64,000 nucleotides of DNA from the human T2T-CHM13v2.0 reference genome, Homo sapiens: assembly GCF_009914755.1 (NCBI RefSeq), contig NC_060929.1. The stretch is one strand, 5' to 3'. The position numbers were made by a program, and so were the translations under genes. The notes beneath the pieces were generated by a model that saw nothing but the letters and a program-made list of their open reading frames with translations, did not search any database and was not told the origin of the DNA. Positions within the stretch are counted from its first letter, which is position 1; each line of letters opens with the position of its first letter. Of this stretch, positions 28,730 through 50,214 are shown piece after piece.

Positions 28730-28920
28730 CACGGCCGGGAAGGAGCACTCCTGGGCTTTAAGCCAACGGTTTGCAAAGCAGCCTGCAGGAGAAAATGGCG
28801 GCGAGGGCCTGCGGGGCGTCCTGGGCGGGCTAACAGCGCCCCCTACAGGACGCCTGAGCCGCGGGCGGGGGTCCGGGGTCCGGGGTGGAAGGAGCCTCGC
28901 TAACCTCCCTGTGCCCATTC
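28730..28920. promoter_or_regulatory. CpG/GC-rich patch in THBS4 intron 21 with YY1, GC-box and CTCF motifs
   Basis: Dense CpGs; AAAATGGCGGC 28792-28802; GGGCGGG 28823-28829; CAGCGCCCCCTACAGG 28834-28849 (reverse complement CCTGTAGGGGGCGCTG). Confidence 0.6.
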
Positions 28921-28929
28921 CTATTGCAG

Positions 28930-28991
28930 ACACCATCCCTGAGGACTTCCAAGAGTTTCAAACCCAGAATTTCGACCGCTTCGATAATTAA
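28930..28991 (+). CDS. THBS4: Thrombospondin-4 exon 22, coding part with stop
   Basis: ttgcag|ACACCATC...GATAATTAA; DTIPEDFQEFQTQNFDRFDN*. The 20 exons sum to 2594 nt; with 292 upstream coding nt (recalled) this gives 961 aa plus stop. Confidence 0.97.
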
Positions 28992-29108
28992 ACCAAGGAA
29001 GCAATCTGTAACTGCTTTTCGGAACACTAAAACCATATATATTTTAACTTCAATTTTCTTTAGCTTTTACCAACCCAAATATATCAAAACGTTTTATGTG
29101 AATGTGGC

Positions 29109-29114
29109 AATAAA
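29109..29114 (+). terminator. THBS4: THBS4 polyadenylation signal
   Basis: AATAAA 118 nt after the stop, followed by GT-rich sequence (ccgtgttgct ~29138). Confidence 0.9.
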
Positions 29115-30113
29115 GGAGAAGAGATCATTTTTAAAAACCGTGTTGCTCAGACATTGCTCTCACGTGGCTCAGGCTTTGAGGTGCCCGTTCTCGGAGGGAT
29201 CCCTGTTAACTTGCAGGGTGGTAGTTTCTTCTCAGACCCGGTGGCCGATAAGATGAGCCTATGCGTGAATCACAAGGCCCAGGCCAGAGGTCTCAGCTGG
29301 GGTCCCCCCAGTTTGCTCCATACAAAACGCCTAACCGTTCCATGCTCACCTTGGCAGCCTCCTTATTTCGGGTAAGGGGTCTCAGAAACACGTGTTTGGG
29401 GTGGCACCTTCCCTAGGGAGGCGTTTTTCTGACCTAGTCCTGGGACAGATTTGCCCAATTCTTTCTGATGCTGTCATCCCATCCCACACCTTCCACAGAC
29501 TTCTATTCTGGCCCCTTCAACGTAATTCTTAAGCTTATTTATATATTTGGCTCCCCCTAGTGGACTGTAAGCATATTGACAATAAAGGATCATGTCATTA
29601 CAATCAATATCCCCACAGTACCTGGAATGTAGTAAATAGCCAGTAAATGTTTACTGAATTAATAAACGAAGAATGAATGAATGAATGCCTCTTAAAGGAC
29701 AGTAGAGTGTACATGATCATAAAAGTCCTCCTCAACTCAAAAAGTCACAACATATCCTCTATTTGTGGTACCAGTAGCTGGATGTACAGCACAGAAACTT
29801 GCCTAATTTGTACACTAGCCTTTCTTGTATTTCAATTGTAAATCAAGATCCAAGCAAATTTTTATAAATTCTCTAGAAATTTTGTTTCAAAGAATATTGC
29901 TGTGCGGTTATATATTTTCTTATTCCAGAATTCCTAGAGATATATTAAATCATGTATGAAGAAAAAAACACCACAGTTTTATCATGACTTTAACAGTGAG
30001 AAAATACAATGGTGCATGCATGAGATCTGGAGGATTTCTGGACATCCTCCTCTCATGTACAGCCTGGAGATGTGTGTGGCCTTGTAATCCAGGACATCTG
30101 ATCTCCTACATCA

Positions 30114-30512
<399 letters not shown>

Positions 30513-30660
30513 TTAAATCTTTTGTGTCTATAACTATTTTAGAAACCATGGGCCCACAGGAGATCCAGAACATAATTCCATCCCTTAGGGAGCTTATTAC
30601 ATTTTTGGGAAGACAAAACTTGTTATTTATGCAAAACAAGAAACAAAGACGCATGTAGAA

Positions 30661-30850
30661 CCAGCAGTGTGCTGAAGCCAACTCCTACCAGCTCATAAGA
30701 GCCAACTATTCAAGTTTTAGGAATATTGTGAGCCAGTTAAACGGTTGGTAGTTTGAAATTGGCCATGGTGGGAGTATTTACACAGAAACTGGCAAACACT
30801 ACAAATCAGGGCTCCAGAGAACTGGTTGTTAAATATTTATCAGCACACAA
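30661..30850. mobile_element. MER63-like hAT element
   Basis: ttggtagtttgaaattggccatggtgggagtatttacac...ttgttaaatatttatcagcacac. Confidence 0.55.
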
Positions 30851-30971
30851 GTGATTATTCTACCTTGTCCTATTCCTAGTTGGCCCTCCTTATATTTTTG
30901 AAGCTGATGTAGAAAACTTGAGGCTTTCAGAAAATTTCTTGCATAAGAAATGAAGTAAGAAAAGTGAAAAT

Positions 30972-31337
<366 letters not shown>

Positions 31338-31715
31338 CTAGCAGGTGTGGTATGCTCTCCCCCAGGTAACTCCCTGGGCTTCTTGGATACTTGTTATACT
31401 CAACCTTAGCACAATGACTCAAATTCCTATTACAGTTCCATTAGGTTAGTAAGAGCCTCATTTGAATCTTACACCTCTAGGACTGAGTGGCCATCAGTCT
31501 CTCACCAACTAGTATGAATTCATTCCAATGCCCATTCACCTCCTGACTTTTCATGGAGATCGAGAAGACTGAGGAGCTGGGCATGGTGGTGTGCACCTGT
31601 GGTCCTGGCTACCTGGGAGGCTGAATGGGGAGGATCACTTGAGCCCAGGAGTTCAAGTCCAGCATGGGCAACATAGCAAGATCCTGTCTCACTTTTTTTT
31701 TTTTTTTTTAAGTAC

Positions 31716-31811
31716 TGGGGGAATGGGAGGCGTGGCTGGGAAAGAAAAGAGGCATTGTCACTGTGGGGGAATGGGAGGCGTGGCTGGGAAAGAAAAGAGG
31801 CATTGTCACTG
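31716..31811 (+). repeat. Perfect 48-bp tandem duplication
   Basis: tgggggaatgggaggcgtggctgggaaagaaaagaggcattgtcactg x2 (31716-31763, 31764-31811), next to a FLAM-like monomer (~31576-31691). Confidence 0.97.
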
Positions 31812-32667
31812 TAGGGAAAAGATCATGGCTGAGTAGAATCCCACGGGAAGTGTGGGAGATCTCTGGGGGCAGGATGAGGGCACTGGGGGCAGCCAGAGGA
31901 GGCCTGGGGGCATGGGAGCAGGTGCACAAAGGGATGTGCAGCCCTTTTTGCCTACACTCAAGAAAAAGGAAAAAAAAACTCTTCCTTCTCCCCATCCAGG
32001 TTATTAGTCCTAGGCTCCAGAAGTATTATGGTGATTATCCTTAGGTTAATTTTGGAGACAGGCTATAGAGTTAAAGAGAATGAGGAAGATATAGAATCCA
32101 GCCACCTGCTATTGAAACATCTGTAGGCATTTTTTATTGCCTAGGCTAGAAGATAACTGGGAACAGACTCAAGCAGCAAAAAAGAATCTGGTCCAGAAGT
32201 GAGGCCGTGGGCAAACTAGATACTGTACAGCATAAATCTAGGGGTGAGAGGTGGGGTGCCCCTGTTTGGGATACACGCCTGGGGTCCCCAGTAACATCGG
32301 GACTGTAAGGGTGGCTCAACCTTTCAGTGGCATGAAGAAACCCCCTGCAGTGTCCACAGCTCCGCATCTTACAGCCCCGCCCAATTTGGTCATAGGCAAC
32401 CTCAGGAGACAGAGACGCTCACCCCAAATTTCCTGGGGCAGTATAGTTTCCACAGTGGGTGAGGGTGTTTTATTCCAGAGAAATAATTCTAGTACTATAG
32501 AATTAAGTATAGAGATGATGAAGTAAATTGGACCCATCATCCTAATATTTTTGTGTGGTGTTGGGGAATTATGTTTGAATATGTGGCAACGTACTTGAAA
32601 TATCTAAGAGAATTTGGCATAATTAGAGAATGCAAATTGAACTTGTGATTCCAGTATAGAATGCAGA

Positions 32668-32870
32668 CAGATGCTCTTCACCTTAAAATGGGGCTATGTC
32701 CTAATAAATCCGTAAGTTGAACATATCTTAAGTCCAAAGTGCATTTAGTACTCCAATAAACCCAAGTCAAAAGTTTAAGTCATCCATCATGAAGTCCAGA
32801 TACTCCTCAATTTAAATAGGGTTATGTTTTGATAAAAATCGTCAAACCATCATTAGTTGGGAGTTGTTTA
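32668..32870. mobile_element. MER47/Tigger-like element in duplication copy A (paralogue ~34000-34414 in copy B)
   Basis: cagatgctc...tggggctatgtcctaataaa...aaagtgcattt at the same site in both copies. Confidence 0.65.
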
Positions 32871-32911
32871 TAGTTGAATATTTGGTTTATCATCATCATC
32901 ATTATTAGTAT

Positions 32912-33163
32912 TATTGAGACAGGATCTCACTGTCGCTCAGGCTGCAGTGCAGTGGTGCAGTCTCAGCTCACTGCAGCCTCAACCTCCTGGCTCAAATAGT
33001 CCTTCCACCTCAGCCTTCCAAGTAGCTAAGACTTACAGGCTCATACCACCATATCCAGCTAATTTTTTCTATTTTTTTTTGTAAAGATGGGGTCTTACTG
33101 TGTTGCCCAGGCTGGTCTCAAACTCCTGGGCTCAAATGATCCTCCTGCCTTGGCCTCCCAAAG
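32912..33163 (-). mobile_element. AluJ, in copy A only
   Basis: gagacaggatctcactg...ctcccaaag. Confidence 0.87.
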
Positions 33164-34068
33164 ATAGTATTTGATTTTAGACTTGTGATTTTAAGTCAGA
33201 AGGTAGGAGAATTTGGTTGAATATGAAAATATTGAGATGATTAAGATAATTTCTCATCCATTATATACATTTTTTAAATTTACAAGTTATATAAGCACAT
33301 AGGTAGGTTTCATCAAATGACAAAAAAATGCATAAATGAAATTTAAATATATTGTTTTTAATGTTACAAATTAGCATAGTATGTCATAAATTAATATATT
33401 ACATTTATAAATGGGATTTAGAGTGTTTAAGGAAATTTAATTAAGTTTGCAAATGGGACTAAACATTAATCAAAAGCCTAAAAGTGATTATATATTTTGC
33501 TATAGAGTAATAAGTAGATTTGCATATTTATAGAATATAGTAAAGTAATACGATTTTTAAGTTGAATTTTTTAACTTAAGGTTTTGTAATTTGTAACTTT
33601 AATCAGATACTAATTTTAAAACCAAAGTCACCATAAATTGTGTTTTCTGTAAAAGACAACCTTTCCTTCAGGAATAAGGAATGCCTCCTACAAGCTCCAC
33701 ATTTTACCACCTCGCCCAAATCGTTGGTTAATAACCTCAGACAATTGACATGCACCCCAAATTTCCTGAGGCAGTAGAGTTTCCTTAGTGGAGAAGGGTC
33801 TTTTATTCCTGAGAAATAATTCTACAATTGTAGAACTAAGTACAGATATGCTGAAGTCAATTGGACCCATCATCCTAATATTTTTGTGTGGTGCTTGGGA
33901 ATTATGTTTGTATATGTGCCAAAGTACTTGAAATATCTAAGAGAATTTGGCATACAGAATGCAATAAATTCAATGTGGGATTCTAGTTTAAAATGCATAC
34001 AGATGCTCCCTTACTTACCATGTAGTTACATCCTGGGATAAACCCACGGCAAGTCAGAAATATCATAA

Positions 34069-34341
<273 letters not shown>

Positions 34342-35977
34342 TAATATCTTGATAAGCCCATCATAAAGTCAAAAAAATCTTAAGTCAAACCATTATAAGT
34401 TGGGGATTGTCTGTAGTTGAGTATTTGATTTCAGACTTCTGATTTTAAATCAGAAGGTAGGGAGAATTTGGTTGAATATGTAAATGATACTGAGGTGGTT
34501 CAGATAATTTATAATCCACTGTATAAATTTTTTTAATTTACAAGGGTTATTTAAGTGCGTAGGCAGGTTTTGTCAGACAAGTGACATAAAAATAAAACAT
34601 TATAAATGCAATTTAAATTTAGTTTATAATGTATTACAAATTAGCATAGTATATTGTTATAAATATATTAAATTTATAAATGGAATTTAGAGCATTTAAA
34701 GAAATTTAATTAAGTTTACAAATGGCACTAGACAATCAAAAGCTTACAAGTGATTATAAATTTTGCTATAAAGTAATAAGTAGATTTGTATATTTATAGA
34801 TGTAGTAGAGTCGTAAGATTTTTAAGTTGAACTTCTATACTTAAGGTTTTGTAATTTGTAACTTTAATCAAACATTAATTTTAAAAACCAGTCACCATAA
34901 ATTGTGTTTTCTGTGTATGAAAGCTACCCTTATAAGCAAATAACAAAATCAATAAAAAACAGCACAGTGACAGTCAGCACTGATTTTTTTTTTATTGAGG
35001 GGTGGAGATCTGGAGAACTGCATCCTCAATTCCAAATAAGGGGCTAACAATCATCCCAGAACACTGCCCTTTTCTACATTGGGGACTGTCACCGCACAGA
35101 GGGATTAAGGACCTTGATTCAGCTCTCCCTGACTCCAGGGCATCACCAAGCAGCTGGCTGCAGCAACGCTGGGGGCCTGAGCTATCCTGCTGTCAGCTCT
35201 CAAACCCCTCATTTTCCAGGACACATGGCCTGAAGAATGCACTAGCCCCAACTTGGGGCCCTGGTGTGGCGATGTGGCAAGGAGCACCTCTCTCTTCTCC
35301 CTACTACATCAAAAATTTTAAGGATGCCTAAACATGTCTGCTTATCTGGAGGGCTGGGGTGAATGAGACGTCCAGAATGAAAGCTCTCCTATTCTGACTG
35401 CGCCACCTGACTGAGAAGTAACTTTAGCTTATTTCCTTGGCTCATCATAAAAGAACGAAAAGTATTTTCCTCACATTGTCTACCTCCTCAACTATGGAGT
35501 GGACATGCATCCACGCCTTCAACTCAGGTCTTTGAGAAAAACAACTTTATTTCCCAAATTTCACCTTGTTTTTCTTCTGAGAACTTATTGTGCCAAACTC
35601 AAGAGAAACATAACCTCAGTCTTTCTTGGGGTTCCCATTCTTCTTCCAGAATCAAGACTCTAGGATGTCTTCTCAGAACCAAGGTGTTTGGGGAGGGGGA
35701 CATCTATCCACACAGATTCCTTCTAACGTGACCATAGTCAGCACCCACCCCCCATACTCTAACAGACCACACTGGGGACCTCAAATCTGTGTGAACCTTT
35801 GCAGCCATTCCTTTACTGGCCCCTTACCTATGGACTGCAGAAAGCTCCCACAGGCCTCCCTTCCTTCTCTCTCAGCATGGGAGAATCCTTCTCAAGTATG
35901 AGGAGGGAAGCCTTATTCTCCCTTTTGCTTTTGGCCAAGAAATCTTATCCATTCCCGGTGTTCCTTCACTTACGCCC

Positions 35978-36334
35978 TGCTATGACTTGAATGTGCCCCC
36001 TGAAGTTCATGTGTTGGAAACTTAATCCCTAATACAACACTTTTGAAAATTAAGGCCTAGTGGGAGGTGTTTAATTCATGAGGGCAGAGCCCTTGTGAAT
36101 GGATTAATGTCAGTTATAAAAGACCTTGAGGCTGTGAGTTCCATTTCTTGCTCTCTTATACTCTCTGCCCCTCCATCTTCCACCAGGGGATGACACAGCA
36201 CAAAGGTCTTTACCAGATACCAGCACTTGATCTATCTTGGACTTCCCAACCTCCCATGTAAAATAAATTTCCTTTCTTTGTAAGTCACCCCATCTATGGT
36301 ATTCTGTTATAGCAATACAAAATGGACTAAGACA
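35978..36334 (+). mobile_element. MST-type MaLR LTR
   Basis: tgctatgacttgaatgtg...ttcatgtgttggaaacttaatcc...atggactaagaca. Confidence 0.8.
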
Positions 36335-36557
36335 CTCCCACAAACCCCAGACTTCGACTATGGGCTTAGCTCTGGGTACACAAAAACTAGAACAGTTTGC
36401 AAGCTGGCTCTGACTCACACCACCACAGCCTCACTGAAATAGTGGGCCCAGAGTCCACTCTGCCAGAATGGGAGGACTGGGGCAAAGGGAAATATGAAAA
36501 GGAAATGGGTCAATATCTCAAAGTGCTACCACAACATATTGTGAACAACTTCAATAG

Positions 36558-36707
<150 letters not shown>

Positions 36708-36997
36708 TAGATTTGTTCCTAAAAGATGCCTATGTTTAAACCAGGCCAGATCACTCACCCTAGAAATTCCACAAATAACCAATGAGCTGATGGCTCCAGG
36801 CAGACGGGTGGCTGAGCCCAGTTCCCATCCTGGCCTGGAGGAGGAGACCTAGGAAGTCACAGCTTAGGATACACTGGGGCGGGCGGGAAGGTTTGCTTTT
36901 ATCCATCATCCAAGCTGTGATTCAGCGCATAAGTCTCCCTTTCATTAAGTTTAACTTGTTGAGTAACATTAAATTTATATACTGCAAAGCACAATAG

Positions 36998-37396
<399 letters not shown>

Positions 37397-37743
37397 TAGT
37401 TATTTATTTTGCAGCACCTATTAGAGTAAACAGTAGCAGATATCTAATGTCTAAGAAAAATTTATGGAAGGAAGATTTGAACGAAAAATTTTCTCCATTA
37501 GCATATTTTTAAGGAGTTTTCCTCACAACAATTCCATCCCACTCCTACCCCTCCTACCAGAATTCTGAGGATCAGGGCTTGAGAACTAACATCTCCAAAG
37601 TCCCAGTAGCTCTGTGGTTTTCTACAGGCTCCTGGAGGATAAGGACCGTGCCATGTTTATCTCACCCTCCACCTCTCAATAAAGTACAAATTTGTGGAAT
37701 TGGCGAGGCCAAGAGGCCTCAAATTCTTGTATCTTTCATATCA

Positions 37744-39222
<1,479 letters not shown>

Positions 39223-39766
39223 AATTAAATGCACCTCAAAGCTAACCACTAGATTCTCTCGCTCTGTTTAGAAGACATTTGTTTGTTGTAAGAACCCAGA
39301 CTTAATCCTGAGAGGTTTTAGCGGGGTCTAAAGAGAGCCTCGTCCTAAACATCCCTGCCAGGAAGAACACTTCCAGGGAGCAGGGGGCAGGCAGCTTCCT
39401 GGCCCAGGACAGTCTGCATGACCTAAATTACTTGAGTCAAAAATTCTTTGGGCCATATAGTGTTTTGGTGGTTGCTGTTGGGTTTTCTATTTGCTAACTT
39501 GAGCAAACATTTAAAATTTGAGTGTTTTTAGACAAAAACCTGGATTTCCAACTTCTCTTTAAAAAGTCAAAAGCTCCAGCCTCCATCTGCATTCACGCAC
39601 AGGAACCTTGAAAAGGGCCTGTGTTGTCCATGCACCGCAGTGTCCACACATGTAAGTTTCTACCTGACTCTGTAAGTGATCGAGTATGAGAGTCCGTACT
39701 TGGGATTTCCCAGGTACCCTGTGCGGCCTGCAGGGGATATGGAGAAGGTTGGGACTCAACCCCTCT

Positions 39767-40392
39767 TGTGGCAGGCCAGGTCTCACGAATAGCTAAACAG
39801 GCAGGCCTCCATGACAACTGTTTCAGCACTGACTGAGTGCTTAGGTTAAACATTAAAGGCTGCAAGAGCCAGTGTCCTTACACAAAGGCTGGAATGTGAC
39901 AAAAGCCACCAAGAGTCTTGCCTAGGCCTTTCCTGGGCCTTGAAGCATGACAAGATAACAAAGAAATTCTTACATTCCTCGTACCCACGTTTAGGATTAA
40001 ACACGTTTTATTAGGGGTCAGCAAAGAACTCCCCAGACCGCCATAACTCAGCGGGAGGCAAGATAAGGGTAATCACCCCCAGCACCTGGACCCATCTAGA
40101 TTAAATAAACTTACTGAGGCTCCGGAGGAAGGTCTCCAGGACTCAGATCTTAGTTATGGATTACAGGGAATCAGTCACTTGTGTCTTTTGATGAATCCAC
40201 ACTTACATGTAGACATATAGCTTCATATAAGCACTGGAAAACTTTGTAAATATGAGTCGGTCTGGTGATATTTTCCTGGCCTTCTGCCTGTACCGGGTTA
40301 CAGAAATAAACTCTCTTCTTTCCCAGTTTATCTGCATCTCATTACTGGGCCATGAGAACAAGCAGCCCAACCCTCAGTTCAGTCTGGGAACA
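39767..40392 (+). mobile_element. ERV1-class solo LTR (subfamily not assigned)
   Basis: TG...CA termini (tgtggcagg...gggaaca); 4-bp TSD ctct; AATAAA ~40305. Confidence 0.85.
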
Positions 40393-40594
40393 CTCTGGCT
40401 AACAACCTGTTAGGGGTTGTCACCACTGCCTGGAGAGGATAGGGGTACACTGGGGGCCAGCCGACAGGAGCTGAGGTCTCAGGTAGAAGATTCCTACCTT
40501 ATCAATAGATGGAAAGAGATTCAAACCCAGCATCACTGACTCTGGTTCCAAAATCTGAAATTCTTTTATAGCGACAGCACACATTCACCAGGTA

Positions 40595-41299
40595 TGCAGA
40601 GAAGAGTTAACAGCAGGTCCGAGATGGCTGCTGATCTTTAGTTAGAAAGGCCTAATTGCAAAGTTGGCCCTTGGCTGGTATCTGAGCACTTGGCTTTCCA
40701 GAGTGTTCCCACCATTTCTGAAACTGATAAGAGTGGTTCACCATGTCTTGACTGTACAGTGTGGTTTATGCTGAGCATCTGCTTTCTTTCTGGGAGTTGG
40801 AATTTTGGTACATGGTAGGGAGAAGGTGCCTACAAGACGAGACCCTAATAAAAACCCTGGGTGTTGAGTCTCTAATGAGCTTCCCTTGTGGCCAACATTT
40901 CATATCCCTTGTCACAACTCATTGCTGGGGAAATTAAGCACATATTATGTGACTTCCACCTGGAGAAGACTCTTGGTAGCTTGCCCCCCTGGTTTTCTCT
41001 GGACTTGGCCCCATACACTTTTCTTTCTTTTTTTTTTTTGGTGCTGATTTTGCCCTGTATCCTTTCACTGTAATAAATTATAACTGTAAGAATAACTAGA
41101 TGCTGAGTTATGCTTCAGCCAATCACTAGATTCTATTTAGAGGGCATTTGTTTATTTGAAGAACTCAGACTTACTTAATCCTGAGAGTTTTTACCTGGGT
41201 CCAAAGAGAGCCTTGTTCTAAACATCCCTGTCTAGAAAGCCTCCGATGAGACTTTCTAGCAAACCACTTAAATGTAGTGGTCTTGGAGACCCCGAAACA
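40595..41299 (+). mobile_element. Old ERV LTR (MER21/MER68/MER77-like, uncertain)
   Basis: tgcagagaagagttaac...ggcccttggctgg...taataaa...gtggtcttggagacccc. Confidence 0.6.
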
Positions 41300-41760
41300 T
41301 CAGTCAACTATCTCCAACAACTGAAAGAGGCTTTGGGCTTACAAAGTGCAAAGAATAATTGAGGTGCTAGGTCATCACAGGCATCACTAATGAGAAAATA
41401 ATGGAAAACAGGGGCCTAAAAGTTGAGGCCAATCACCACAAAACACCTGCAGAGCTGGAGAAGCAAAACTCAAAGTGGAGACCCCTGAGATTGGACACAT
41501 GACAAGGGACAGAGTCTAACTGAAGTGGTTTATTTGGTTAGTCTCATACCTAGAGAAATTTAAGGTGAGGCAGTCACCCCCAATACCAGCTCTACCCTTC
41601 TTTCATAGTCATAGTGTCCCAAATTTTTGCAGGAACCCAGATGCCCAGAATAAAAGATTATACTTCCCAGGTGAGTTGTGGCCATCTAAGTTCTGATCAG
41701 TGGCATATAAGCAAAAAAGTTCATGGTAGCTTCTGGGAATCTTCTTCTAAAGAGGGTTAA

Positions 41761-47663
<5,903 letters not shown>

Positions 47664-48739
47664 CTAACTATCCAGAAAATTGAACAAAAATAAATAGAGA
47701 GATAGAAAATGGGAGAAAAGATGACCAATCCAGAAGACCCAATATCTACCTAATAGGAGTCCGCTAAGAGACAACAGAGACAATCTCCAGGACAGAGAGT
47801 GTAACTGGCCAAGCCAAAGGCATGTGCCCAACCCATGGCTAGGTAGGAAAGGGAGGATCTGGCCCATTTGGGTCTAGAAGGAAAGGGCACTGTCTCCCCC
47901 CACAACCCAGGAGTATGGTCCCCCAAAAGGAAAAGTAATAGATGCTACTAGAAAATGAGGGTTAGATGATATACAGCCAAGAGCTACCACTGTCCACTGC
48001 ACAGGAACCTCTGTTGACTCCTAGTAACCACACCTTCTTCTCTAAATACTCATAGAGCACTTTCAATAGGATTTTTGCATCCTGTCAAATGCAAAACCTC
48101 CCTCTCTAGGCCTGTTGTGCATTATCATAGCTGAGATGTGTACATCCTACATGCCAATTGTTTCTCATGAGTTATCTCATTAAAGCCTTACAACAAAGCA
48201 AACAAGAAAATCATCTTAATAACCCCAATTATAAATCAGGACACTACTGCCCAGAGCGGTTAAGAAGCATGCCCAGCTTCACCCAGCTAATAAAGAGATT
48301 CAAGCCAGGATTTGGACCTAGTACCCTGACCATGGAGCTCGCACTCTTATGCCACAGGACTTTATGTACCTCTCCCTGGAGGCTTCTCGGTGCCTCCAGT
48401 GACCCCAATGCCTCACTGCCTTCTGGACCCCAAAGAGGATCTAAAGTAGGTCGTCAAACAGCCGTGAGAGCCTCCATTGAGCCACACACCCCGAGTTTTC
48501 TGCATGCAGCCCAGCACCTAGCTCAGAGAGTCCCTGGCATGCTTGGTCACCCTAGGAGGTCCATTAGCCCTCCCAAGTCACCAGGGTGCTGGGAGCCGCC
48601 ACTAGATCTCAGCCCTCCTTCACGTCACACACCTCACTCAGGGGCTGTCCACAGGCTTGCTCTGGCTGTAGCATGGGAACCCCTGCTCCTTCTTATCTGG
48701 TGCAAGGAGCCCAGGGGATGCCTTTAAGGAAGGTCAGCT

Positions 48740-49319
48740 CTGTCGGTGAGACACGTTGTGCAAAAGGCAGGTTGACTGGAGAAAAGTCATACACGTTTAT
48801 TTCACATTTATACACAGGATCCTTCAGAATGAAAACCCAAAGATAACGCGGAAATTGGCCATACTGATGCTTAAGATTAACGAAGTATGAACAGCTATGT
48901 ACAAATGCGACTGGACAAAAAAAGGGTATGATCTAATGCTGATAGACTGAGCTGGGAGATTCAGTGAGGCCTGTGTAGATTCTTGGCCTCTCTGCACAGC
49001 ATCCCTTTCTTCTGTGTGTGGGGCAGGACCCTCTCGGGAATGGGGGAATTATGACCTACAGTCAAACAAGGTAAGTCGGATCATTTCTTTATGGCCAGTT
49101 TTTACACAGAAAGGCAGAGGGAAAATAAGAGTAATATTTTTAGGATTTATGGCTGGCTTTGGGGAAAAGAGGTTCTGGTTTCTATGGGGAAGAGGGATTC
49201 TAGTTTCTAAGGCTAGACTAGGGGAGAACGCGCCTGAGAGAAAGGAGGGCAGGTATGCAGAGAAAAACTTTTAACTTCTGAGGCTTTCATTTTAGAGTAC
49301 TCTTTTCTGAGTCCCAACA
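48740..49319 (-). mobile_element. MER31-like ERV1 LTR
   Basis: Reverse complement begins tgttgggactcagaaaag...atgaaagcctcagaag...aagtttttctctg. Confidence 0.7.
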
Positions 49320-49690
49320 GTGGGAAGCCAGAGGAAGCAGAACTGTACTTGTGAGAGCCCCCAGACAGCTGGCTCTTCCCCCACGCAGCAGCAGTCAGGC
49401 CCCAGAGCTCCTCTTGCACGACAGCACAAGGGCAAAGCCTGTCTGGGCTGGTGGAAGCTTCCGTGGGTCTGGCTGTATTGGGGGGAAGACCTGTCTGGGA
49501 GCCTCTTCAACTATTTATCTGTTCTGCCTTCCTCCCCCTTGCTCCTGTCCTTTGAACGCTAACCTGGACACAGAAGCTCTCAGCATTTAGGAGGCCTTAA
49601 TTGCAGCTCCATTTAATGTAAGATCTCTTGAAGTGGGTCCCAATCTTAGGCCACAAGTTCAGGTGTACAGAAAACAAACCATTTCTCTTT

Positions 49691-49972
49691 GTCTTTTTTT
49701 TTTTTTGAGATGGAGTCTTGCTCTGTCACCCAGGCTGGAGTGCAGTGGCGCAATCTCCACCTCCCGGGTTCAAGCAATTCTTGTGCCTCAGCCTCCCGTG
49801 TAGCTGGGATTACAGGTGTGCACCACTACGCCTGGATAATTTTTGTATTTTTAGTGGAGACAAGGTTTCACCATGTTGCCAGGCTTGTCTCCAACTCCTG
49901 ACCTCAGGTGATCCACCCGCCTCAGCCTCCCAAAGTGTTGGGATTACAGGTGTGAGCCACCACACCCAGCCA
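49691..49972 (-). mobile_element. AluS
   Basis: Alu dimer with small internal deletion. Confidence 0.9.
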
Positions 49973-50214
49973 ACAAACAATTTTTCTGTCACAGAGTTTA
50001 ATTCTATTTGATTCCTATCCTGCCAATGTGGCAGAAACATAATCTCTGTTGATTTAAAATTTACCCACATCCTGAACCTGGGATCTTGTCAAAGTCCCAC
50101 TGAGCTCTGGGAGATGGGGTCTTTATTGTCTTTTGTCACACAGGTGTCTAGAAGATGCCACCTATTGTCACTTACTTTGTGTCTTACACAACTGCAGACC
50201 ACTATTCAAAGGCT

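Noticed and set aside
48158-48727. 189-aa ORF
   Set aside because: Non-ATG start, overlaps MIR-like sequence, no recognisable domain or splice support
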